A stretch of 64,000 nt of DNA from IMG/VR virus record IMGVR_UViG_3300023223_000769, positions 1,340-65,339 of that record. One strand, 5' to 3'. This DNA comes from a virus. Lineage: Duplodnaviria > Caudoviricetes. Shown here piece after piece: positions 10,555-19,851 of the stretch; position 1 is the first letter of the stretch, and each line of letters begins with the position of its first letter. The notes under the pieces were generated by a model that saw nothing but the letters and a program-made list of their open reading frames with translations, had not been told where the DNA came from and did no database searches. The position numbers were made by a program, and so were the translations under genes.

Positions 10555-10796
10555 TCTTATAAGAGCTACCGGGACGCAATTTGCCTAAGGACTCAAGGCC
10601 ATAAAGATGAGTTCAGCGTCCCTCACCAAAAAAAGGGAGTACGGGATGGAAATTGATCTTTGTTCTATTTGCCATGAGGCAGAGGCAGATATCGATGATT
10701 ATGGGCTATTGATATGCAATCCGTGTCTTGATATTAGACCGGATCTTAAGGCAGGATTAGATCGGGCATTTAGAAACGATCCTGTAGAATGGGACC

Positions 10797-11222
10797 ATGA
10801 ATAATAAGGAGAAAATAATGGATACGAAATTTGGTTTCAATGACATTGATAAGGTCGTTAACAGTATTCGGAAGGGTTTACAAGATTGGCAGAAAAGACG
10901 TGAAGATAAAAGATATGATAAACTAACTGTTGGTTTCAATAAAGACGGTAGATTTTCTGTAGCTAAATTTGAATTGTCACTGGATAGTTGGTCAGGCACG
11001 TATGGCAGTAGTAGCTGTAGTTCGTTTTTCTACGTTTCCAATTCAGAGATTTTCAGAAATGCATTTATCAGAGTACTCAATATAAAATTAGCTGGCTTGC
11101 TTAAAGAAACGGCAAACCTATTGGACGGAGAGAATCGAGAAGCTAGAGGGAAGAAAATTATTGAGATGGAAGCTGAGTTGACACAGCTAAAAGAAAAACA
11201 GGAGAAAATAGAAGAAGAGTAA
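10797..11222 (+). CDS. hypothetical protein
   Basis: ORF with AAGGAG RBS before the second ATG; coiled-coil C-terminus. Confidence 0.6.
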   Translation: MNNKEKIMDTKFGFNDIDKVVNSIRKGLQDWQKRREDKRYDKLTVGFNKDGRFSVAKFELSLDSWSGTYGSSSCSSFFYVSNSEIFRNAFIRVLNIKLAGLLKETANLLDGENREARGKKIIEMEAELTQLKEKQEKIEEE

Positions 11223-12346
11223 GAGGTTATTAAAAAATTTTTAGGAGGTTTTATGAATGTTACAATCGTTTATTTTCTGTGGGCTATGCTATTGGGTGAC
11301 CCTAATGCCGTTAGAAGCAACTTAAGTTCACACGCAAATATTGTTGAGTGTGAGAGGGCTATGAACGAGATAGCACCGGGAACCAATGCTGTTTGGGGTT
11401 GTGACGGTTGGACGATACATTGGGGTGATAACAATGAACAGATTGTTGGGGTTGTGAGGGTGGCTGAATGAAGATTGCAATATATACAATGGCATCTTTC
11501 GCCGCACTTGTGATGTATGCACGATTAGTGGAATGGTTACAGTAAAGGGAGGCATGATGTATAGCAAATTAATGTCAGACCAAAAAACTCTTTTGAAAGT
11601 AAGTTATGTGGAGGCTATGAGGCTTGGGGCTACTGATCCCCTACATGCCGTGGCCTGTGCTGCAAAAGATGTTCTTGTAGGTGACGATACTGCAAAGTGG
11701 AATGGTCCAGTGGGCCAGGATGCGTTTGCTGCTGCTTTAGCTTTTTTGGTAACGGAAAAAATTGTCAAGATTAAGGGGCCGGTCAAACATACGAGAGTGA
11801 AAAAAGCTGTAGAGATAATTGCGAGATATTATGACTATCCCAATGTAGGTTGGTGGGAATTAAAGAAAGCTAGAGCAAAAAGAATGACTTTGAGCGAGTT
11901 GGATTTTGCCAGAAGGGATTGCAACGATACGGCTAGAAATGGTATGCCTGAGAATCAGGGTAAGTACACGGATGAGGCTACCATCTACGCAGAGGAAATG
12001 AGAAAACGAGTAGGTGAGGAAGTAAAGGGGGTACATTAATGAATCCTGAATTTGATGAAAGATTTCGTCAGTTATTGAAAAGTACACCTAACATGATGGT
12101 TAACGGTAGAGGTATGTTGGAGTTCACTTGTTTTCAGTGTAAGCCAAAAAGAACTTTTCCTGATTTAGAGGGGCATCGAGATCATTGTTTAGAAATACAT
12201 AACACTAATATTTCTTACAAAAATCTTTTGATGGTCCATGTAGGTCCAGGGCAAAGTAAAATGATGGGTCTGGATCAAAAAACAGAGACAGAAATTATTG
12301 ATTTAATAAATCGATTCGATGCAAACATGGCAAGAAGGAGCCGATA

Positions 12347-12748
12347 ATGGGTAAAGTAAGAGAGTTTAATAAAGTTAGTGCTGTTTTGGTACGGGATGAA
12401 ATTAAAAAGACGCTACGAGAATTAGCAGAAGAGCTTGGATTATTTATCAGTACCGGTCACGGTACGTTTAGTCCTAGTGAACTTACACTTCGTTTAAATA
12501 TTTCTCTGCAAGAGGGCTTCGATGGAAAGACCGGCAAACAGGCTGAGTTTGAACGTCACGCTTTCGCATTTGGTTTGAAAGATAATATGTTTGGTAGAAA
12601 GTTTGCCTTTGGTGGTGAGATTTTTACAGTATCAGGGATTCGACCTAGGGCTAGAAAGAATCCAGTTCTAGCTACGAATAGTAGGGGTAAGGAATTTATT
12701 TTCCCGGTTGATGTTGTAAAAGGCCAAGTGGATTATTTTAAGAGTTAG
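12347..12748 (+). CDS. hypothetical phage protein
   Basis: ORF with AAGGAG RBS, translationally coupled to the upstream gene. Confidence 0.65.
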   Translation: MGKVREFNKVSAVLVRDEIKKTLRELAEELGLFISTGHGTFSPSELTLRLNISLQEGFDGKTGKQAEFERHAFAFGLKDNMFGRKFAFGGEIFTVSGIRPRARKNPVLATNSRGKEFIFPVDVVKGQVDYFKS

Positions 12749-12754
12749 CGGAGG

Positions 12755-12820
12755 CCGTGCGTTTATTCCCTTTTCGCACGGCAAGTGGAGCTAGGTTTTT
12801 GCCCGATCTAGCTCCACATT
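12755..12820 (+). terminator. tandem stem-loops (terminator or processing site)
   Basis: GCCGTGCG/CGCACGGC and GTGGAGCTAG/CTAGCTCCAC hairpins after the gene stop. Confidence 0.5.
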
Positions 12821-13026
12821 ATTTAGTTTTGCATAATGCAGATGGAGGTAAAATATGGGAATGTTTTTCACAATAGCTACTAGAACATATGTTATAGGTT
12901 TGATCGTTTGCATTCTTGCAGCAAAGGCAATAGAAATTGTCGAGGAATGCAAAAAGGATGAAACGTTTATGAAGTTTTGGAATAATTTTAAGAAAGATTT
13001 AGGCTTTAAAAAAAGAGAGGCAAAAA

Positions 13027-13959
13027 ATGTCTAAGATAGGTGGTTACTCAAAAGTCTATGCTATAGGGCATCATGCAATCCAGGGCCTCCTGGAAGAGCC
13101 GGTGTTAGTCGAGGAAAAGATTGATGGTTCGCAATTCTCTTTTGCAGATTTGGATGGGGAATTGGTTTGCCGGTCACATACTAAGGATATCATCATAGAC
13201 GCACCGGAGAAAATGTTTAACAAGGCAGTTGCGGTTTGCCAAGAGCTATATGCTACACACCAATTGCATCCAGGTTGGGTTTATCGGGCTGAGTATTTGC
13301 AGAAGCCAAAGCATAACACGCTTACTTATGATCGAATCCCGGAAAAGGGTTTGGTGATTTATGATATCGATACAGGCTTGGAATGTTATTTGGATTGGCC
13401 CCAAAAAAATGTCGAGGCTAAACGATTGGGCCTTGAAGTGGTACCAATACTCTTCCATGGTCGCATTACATCTATGGATTTCATACGGAGTATGTTGGAC
13501 ACGGTTTCTTTTCTAGGTGGGACAAAAATCGAAGGCGTGGTTGCTAAACGATACGGTTATTTTACTGTCGATGGCAAGACTGCCATGGGTAAGTATGTAT
13601 CCGAGTTGTTTAAAGAGAAACACGTTAAGGAATGGAAGAAAGGTACAACCAAAGACGTTGTACAGAATTTGATCCTGGAATTGAAGAGTGAGGCTAGATG
13701 GCAAAAGTCAGTACAGCATTTAAAAGAGGCAGGTCAGCTAGACGGTTCTCTGAAAGATATCGGGCCACTAATCAGGGCTGTCCCGGAAGATATTTTGGAG
13801 GAAGAGAAGCAACATATTATGGAAGAGTTGTTCAATCATTTCTGGCCTCAGATTCGCAGGGCGGTTACCGGGGGGCTTCCTGAGTGGTACAAGGAAGAGT
13901 TAGCTAAGAAAGAATTTGAGGAAGATCAAGAATATCAATTACGTTCTCGTCAGGAGTAA
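13027..13959 (+). CDS. ATP-dependent RNA ligase, Rnl2-like
   Basis: motif I EEKIDGSQFS, motif III AEY, IIIa YDI, motif IV EGVVAK, motif V GKYVS. Confidence 0.8.
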   Translation: MSKIGGYSKVYAIGHHAIQGLLEEPVLVEEKIDGSQFSFADLDGELVCRSHTKDIIIDAPEKMFNKAVAVCQELYATHQLHPGWVYRAEYLQKPKHNTLTYDRIPEKGLVIYDIDTGLECYLDWPQKNVEAKRLGLEVVPILFHGRITSMDFIRSMLDTVSFLGGTKIEGVVAKRYGYFTVDGKTAMGKYVSELFKEKHVKEWKKGTTKDVVQNLILELKSEARWQKSVQHLKEAGQLDGSLKDIGPLIRAVPEDILEEEKQHIMEELFNHFWPQIRRAVTGGLPEWYKEELAKKEFEEDQEYQLRSRQE

Positions 13960-14275
13960 TTATGTTTTGTATAGAAATTGTAGTTGCAATATTGATTGCC
14001 AAGTATGTTGCTTGGAAGAAATGGAAGAAACAAAATGGGTAATTCAACCATAATCGAAATCAACCATGATCAGGCGCACGAGATCGAAGAGGATAGGATT
14101 CGGTTTGCCGAGGTTGTGTTAATGCAGTGTAGGGCTGCTGAGTACACAGGGCAACGTATTCCTGGTGGAAGGATCATAGCATTCTTTCATAGGTCGGGGC
14201 CGGTATATGATGCGTGGATCGATTTTAAACATAAATGGTTTCCAGATCCGTTTCGTAAGGTAAGGAGAGATTAAC

Positions 14276-14785
14276 ATGATGAACGAAAATATACACCAAA
14301 AACATGCATTGGATTTAATTGATGCTGTACGGCTGGCTACGATTGCTCACAAGGATCAGCTAGACAAGAATGGCTTGCCTTATATTTGGCATCCTCTTGA
14401 CGTTATGCGTAGAGTGGCCGAGGCCGGTTATGTGTATACTAGCGTGTTGGTCACTGCGGTCTTGCATGATGTTGTTGAAGATACTGAATATACCTTGATG
14501 GATATCGGGGATGCTTTTGGTACTGAGGTCGAGATGGCAGTTGATGCAGTGTCCAGGCGTGAGGGTGAAAAGTATCGTGACTTTGTTCTCCGGGCCATGT
14601 TGCATCCTATTGGAGTGATCGTAAAGTTTCACGATATCCAGGATAACCTGGACCCGAAACGTGCGGTGAAAGATAAAGCTAGGCATCTTACCGAGCGATA
14701 TGGATGGGCCATGGACCAGTATCGGCAGAGAAATTTTGGTACGACTACTTTGTATGAAGCAATGATGAAAGCAGGTGTAAAATGA
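14276..14785 (+). CDS. HD-domain (p)ppGpp-hydrolase-like protein (SpoT/Mesh1 small alarmone hydrolase type)
   Basis: AH..Q.DK.G.PYI.HP, LHDVVEDT, VK..D..DN. Confidence 0.85.
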   Translation: MMNENIHQKHALDLIDAVRLATIAHKDQLDKNGLPYIWHPLDVMRRVAEAGYVYTSVLVTAVLHDVVEDTEYTLMDIGDAFGTEVEMAVDAVSRREGEKYRDFVLRAMLHPIGVIVKFHDIQDNLDPKRAVKDKARHLTERYGWAMDQYRQRNFGTTTLYEAMMKAGVK

Positions 14786-15568
14786 TAGTCGAACATGCAT
14801 TTGGACTTTTAGTTAGAGATCGTTTTTTTAAATTGATTCTTAACGTGGATAGTGATGATCCGAATAAGGTTATCTTGGATACGTTTCACCTTATACATAA
14901 ATCCGATGTTGTGATGAATCTTAGTACGGGTGAAAAATTAAAAGACAGATGGGATATCCATCCGACAATTTATCAGAGGTTGTTTGGAGATGTTTGGCCG
15001 ACTAGAAACACGGATGAGATTCACATTTGGGCAGGGAGTGGACGATGATTAAGGAAACGAGAGACTACTGGTTAGGTGTTTGTGTCGCACTTCTTGGTTT
15101 TTGGTTGGGTGGTTTATTTGTTGCGGCGAAAGAATATCCAAAAGAGTTTATACTCATGGATCTTATTCGAACGCAGAGTTTTATGATTGCAGAGTTAGAA
15201 TATGCTCTTGAAAGTGAGCGATCAATAGCAAATTCATGTGTGAGTAAGTACACGGTTTGTTTATTCGGAAACAAACAAGGGGATAAATAATGGAATTAAC
15301 TCTCGTACAATCGTTAATGCTTGGTTTTGTCGGGATCTTAATTCTTATTTTGGGTTATATTTTTGGACTTTTAACTAACGTGATTAAACTAGATTATTTC
15401 TTAAATGCTTTACTAGAAAGAGAGAGAAAATTTCATGAAAAAAGAAGGATTAACAAACAGAAAGTTCGCAAAAGAAGATGAGAAGTTTCTACAGGCATGT
15501 GTCGATGCCGAATTTGAGCCTACAGTTAGACAGGCCTCAAAGTTCAGAAACAAAAAAGGCAAGGTCTT

Positions 15569-15598
15569 TAAGAGACTAAGAGACTAAGAGACTAAGAG
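15569..15598 (+). repeat. 8-bp tandem repeat (TAAGAGAC) x3.75
   Basis: read directly. Confidence 0.9.
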
Positions 15599-15775
15599 GC
15601 AGTGCTACCTAGCCAGTAGCTAGGCGGGACCAATCCCGTTGACGATAACCTTACCAAGGCGGTAGGGAACAAAGGTCTAGCCTTGAATCGGGCCGGTATG
15701 GTAAACCGTTAGTGGGCCAAGTGGAGATCCTCATGGATAGAATCTGGTGGATCAATGAAGCGAGGCCCACAGCCG
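15598..15775 (+). ncRNA. structured noncoding RNA immediately 5' of tRNA-Tyr
   Basis: consecutive hairpins CCTAGC/GCTAGG, CGGGA/TCCCG, CCTTACC/GGTAGGG, GTGGGCC/GGCCCAC. Confidence 0.55.
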
Positions 15776-15782
15776 AATTTTA

Positions 15783-15858
15783 CGGACGGTGGTGTAAGTG
15801 GGCAGCACGTCAGGCTGTAACCCTGAAAGTGTAGGATCATGGCCTACCTGTCCGACCA
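15783..15858 (+). tRNA. tRNA-Tyr(GTA), atypical
   Basis: acceptor CGGACGG/CTGTCCG+ACCA; anticodon arm TCAGG-CTGTAAC-CCTGA; short variable loop; aberrant T-loop ATCATGG. Confidence 0.7.
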
Positions 15859-16293
15859 AAAAAGGAGTTGATTATGTGTTTATATAAAGTCAATCAAAGG
15901 TTAGCGGGTCGAGGAACAAAAATTTATACTGGATGGAAGGTATTCGATAAATTAGGGTCTGAATATTATTTTCGATATTTTCTTCATGAGGGAAAAACTG
16001 CCGTTCCAGTAAATCAGTGGTTGAAAGCGAATGAGCGTTCCATAGGGTCTGTTATGGGAACAGGGCCTAGGTATGATTCAGGTTTTCACATATTTAAATA
16101 TCCTTACCCTGCTCAGTATACGGCAAAGGTTTGGGATCACCTGGTAGCAGTTAGAGTGAAATTCAGGGGAGTGGTTGCCAGAGGCAGAGAAGCGGATAAT
16201 GAAGTAATAGTGGCAAGAGAAATGTACGTACCTTATCGGAAACCAGGGCGTACACGAAACGTGAACAAGAAGAAAAAGTGAATAGGAGGCTTT

Positions 16294-16587
16294 ATGGATA
16301 GTTTTGAAAGAAGAGGTTTAAATTCTGATCTTCGTGATTTGAAGATGCAGATTGCAGATATAGATAGAAGGCTGAATGAGGAAGATGAGGCCGAATCTCT
16401 AGGAATTAAAACAATAGAGATGGAGAGTGATCGGAATTATCCCGGACATAGTGATAAAACATACACGGTGTCTAGGATGGTTACAGTTAAGTGGCATTGT
16501 ACGTGTCCTGATAATAGATATCGATCACCTGGGGAGTGCAAGCATATTCAGAGGGCGCAAATGTTACCACTACATCGATTTGAATAG
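16294..16587 (+). CDS. SWIM zinc-finger protein
   Basis: CTCPD...CKHI. Confidence 0.7.
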   Translation: MDSFERRGLNSDLRDLKMQIADIDRRLNEEDEAESLGIKTIEMESDRNYPGHSDKTYTVSRMVTVKWHCTCPDNRYRSPGECKHIQRAQMLPLHRFE

Positions 16588-16823
16588 GAGATAACTATGT
16601 ATATTTTTGAAATGAAGCATTTGATTTTTATAAGTAATTTTAGGCACGAGAATCTTGAGATTAGTCCTATACGGCATTGGGGTGGTCCGATGGCCGTTCC
16701 ATACAATGGTTATAGCTTGAGGCATCTGAATCAGCATGGACCGGTTAGGGAACTCAAGGATATGACCATGGAAGAGATCAGAAAGTTAGAAATCAGATAC
16801 GATACAGTTATTAGGAGTTCAAA

Positions 16824-17372
16824 ATGAATACCAATCGTATATTTTACGTAGTAACCATGTGTTCATTGGTGGCCATTGCCATATCAATAGGAATTGATAC
16901 AGGCAAGGATTTTGTTAGGAAAAATGAATCGAATAAAATTTGGGTACTCCCGGACTATCAAGCTATTTCTCAAGTGGCTGAGTTTGAAGTTACGGCCTAT
17001 GACGCATACAGTAAACAATCTATTAACGTCAGTAAGTGGCGGGATGGTAAGACCGCATTGGGCAGAAAGGCTATACCGGGACGCACGATTGCAGTAGATC
17101 CTAGGATCATTCCTTTTGATTCTCTTGTCTACATTCCTGAGTTTGGTTGGTGGGTAGCAGAAGATGTGGGTAGTGCAATCAAGGGTTATCGGATTGATAT
17201 GCTATTGGGGACTACAGGTAAAGCTATGAAGTGGGGGCGTAAGAAAGTACCTGTGTTGTGGGTGCCTCCATATGCGAAAGACGTAGTAATGGATAGAGTG
17301 AAAAAGACAGCAAAACGTAAGGCAAAAAGTAAGACGAATCGTAAGACAAATAATAAGAAGGGGAAGAAATGA
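16824..17372 (+). CDS. 3D-domain (MltA-like) protein with N-terminal membrane anchor
   Basis: VTAY, IAVDPRIIP, AEDVGSAIKGYRIDM; basic tail. Confidence 0.85.
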   Translation: MNTNRIFYVVTMCSLVAIAISIGIDTGKDFVRKNESNKIWVLPDYQAISQVAEFEVTAYDAYSKQSINVSKWRDGKTALGRKAIPGRTIAVDPRIIPFDSLVYIPEFGWWVAEDVGSAIKGYRIDMLLGTTGKAMKWGRKKVPVLWVPPYAKDVVMDRVKKTAKRKAKSKTNRKTNNKKGKK

Positions 17373-17460
17373 ACGAAGTGGAAATAGCAATTATGAAACG
17401 GATATATGAGGATCATATATCCACCTGTAAGAAAAAGAAATGTTGGTGTAAGGGGGGCAA

Positions 17461-17880
17461 ATGAGTATCGCACAATCAGGAATGTATATATTTGTAGGTG
17501 AGAGGCCTTCCATCTCTGCGTGGAAATTTAGTAAGCAGTGGAGTGATGGGGCCTATGCCGGGAAACAATTAAAAGATGCAATTGATAAGATCGATTGTTT
17601 AGAGTTTGCAGATATAACGTTTTGCAATCTGTGGACAAAGCCAAAAGAAAAATCTACTCCGGCTATTGATGTTGTAGATTTAGACAAGTCGTTACACGAA
17701 ATAACCTTGTACAGCAAATGGTGGACCGTAGTAGGTATGGGCAAAATAGTTCAAGATCAACTAGGCAATGCTGGAATTAGACATTTAAAATTAGTTCATC
17801 CGGCTGCAAGAGGGAAGATTAGAAGGAAAGATCGGTACCTTAAACATTGTAAACAGGTTTTATGTCAGGAGGTTTTATGA
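17461..17880 (+). CDS. uracil-DNA glycosylase superfamily-like protein
   Basis: FVGERPS, N in FCNL, HPAARG. Confidence 0.55.
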   Translation: MSIAQSGMYIFVGERPSISAWKFSKQWSDGAYAGKQLKDAIDKIDCLEFADITFCNLWTKPKEKSTPAIDVVDLDKSLHEITLYSKWWTVVGMGKIVQDQLGNAGIRHLKLVHPAARGKIRRKDRYLKHCKQVLCQEVL

Positions 17881-18013
17881 TAGCTACAATGGGAGTAATG
17901 ATAGTTCTGCATTTTAGTGATTTGGTTATCACGTTCCCGAATGAGGCATGGGGCATGGTGGGTGTGGGCATCGTGATCGAAATATGGATAAAGATTTTTA
18001 ATAAGGGATAGCC

Positions 18014-19182
18014 ATGAAAACGATTAAACGTTGGCTCAGACTCTATACGCCTCAGTGGGTGTTGGCTGTTGGGTTTTTATCGGGTGCTATACAGACTTGG
18101 GCAATAGAAACCCAAGGGTCCACTATCAAAACCCATTGGGGGCAGGTCGGTGGAGCTATTCAGGATACAGCCGAAACCATTAAGGAAGGTAAGAATGTAG
18201 GTAAGGCTAACGCAACAACTCCGGTGCAACAGGCCGAGGCCGAGGCCAAGTCTACATGGGAACTTAAGAAGAAAAAAGGTTATGTGGAAGATATGACTCA
18301 TGCCGTGGCCGGTAAAGTCGATGCGATAATCGAAGGCGGGATTTTCCCGATGCTGGCGCATACCATCGAGAAACGAGGCAAGGATCTTAAGTATCCCTGT
18401 TTTGTGCAGCCAAAATTAGATGGGCATCGTTGTATTGCTATCTGTAAGAACGGGAAGGTTACTTTGTGGAGCCGGTCAAGGAAACCGATTACTGGTGTGC
18501 CTCATATCATAAAGGCACTTGAGAGCATAGGTGGATTTGTTGGTGAGAATTTTATTTTGGATGGTGAATTGTACAACCATGACTATCGTTTCAACTTTGA
18601 AGAGTTGACGCATTTTATTCGGCAGCAAAAACCAATTGCCGGTCATGAAGTTGTGCAATACCATATTTATGATCTTCCTATACACGAAGATTATGAGGAG
18701 AGATTAAAAATATTGAAAAATTTCTTTTTTAATGTTCCTCCTCACAGAGAGACACCATTGAGGTTTGTGGAGACAAATGATGTCGTAAATGAAAAGGAAA
18801 TGATGTGTAACTATGATAATTTTATAGAGAAGGGATACGAGGGAGCTATACTCAGAAATGCTAAAGGCCTCTATAAGAATAAACGATCCTCTGACTTACT
18901 CAAGGTAAAGCAATTTCAGGATGAAGAGTTTGAAGTGATAGAGGTCGTAGAGGGTAAAGGTAAATTAGTTGGACACGGTATTTTTATTTGCCGTTGCATA
19001 TCGCCAGAAAGTCCAGAGGGTAAGTTTAAGACCAAGATGTCGGTGACCTAGGTAACTTAAAACAGTATTGGGATAATCCAAAGCTGGCAATTGGCAGGTA
19101 TCTAACGGTACAGTTTCAAGGGTATTCCGTTTATGGCATACCGAGATTCCCGGTGGGTCTGAGATTTAGAAAGGATATATAA
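18014..19182 (+). pseudogene. ATP-dependent DNA ligase (WGR-like N-terminus), frameshifted near 19040
   Basis: QPKLDGHR, LDGELY, YDL, EGAILR, LLKVK; ORF stops at 19051 but the -1 frame from 19042 continues ...LTVQFQGYSVYGIPRFPVGLRFRKDI* (motif VI). Confidence 0.85.
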
Positions 19183-19710
19183 GATGGAAGACAAAGATAG
19201 GTGTTGTGGTGATGGTAGTAAAGGTTGTACCAACAAAGCAGCCTCGCCGCATGTCTGCCCATTTCAGTATGAGATAAATAATGATAAGACAGAGTGCGAG
19301 TGCTGCGAAGAATGCGAAGCAGGTTGTGCAGACGAAATTTAAGGAGATATAAGATGGTTATAATTCCAGTAAAAGATATAAACGGGTTTACCCTGTATCG
19401 CAGGAAACGTCTGGGAGAAAAAATCCCTCTGTATGTTGCTTACCCCACCACGGGAAGCTATCCAGATGCTGATATTGCTCCGATGCAGGGAGAGTATAAG
19501 TCGATTCGAGATGCAGAACGGGATCTAGATCCAGGTCCGGCAGAGTTTAAGGTTACTGCCCATATCAAAGTTGCCAGGGTGTGGATCGATGATGGGTTTT
19601 GCCGGAAGACGTTGGAGGAGAGGCTAAGAGAGTTCATCGAGGAAGAGATGCTAGATTTTTCAGTCGAGGGCGAAGTGACGGTACGGTTAAAAATAAAATA
19701 AGGAGATCGG

Positions 19711-19851
19711 ATGAAAAATTTCATAATAGTTTTAGCGTTAGTTAGTTCGTTGTTGTTTTCAGGTTGTACGGCTGCTCTTCTATTGGGGGCCGGGGGTGCT
19801 GCGGGTTATCTGTGGAGTGAGAATCAAGAATTAAAAGAGGAGAAGAAATAA
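19711..19851 (+). CDS. small lipoprotein
   Basis: AAGGAG RBS; MKNFIIVLALVSSLLFSG|C lipobox; glycine-zipper-like LGAGGAAG. Confidence 0.65.
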   Translation: MKNFIIVLALVSSLLFSGCTAALLLGAGGAAGYLWSENQELKEEKK

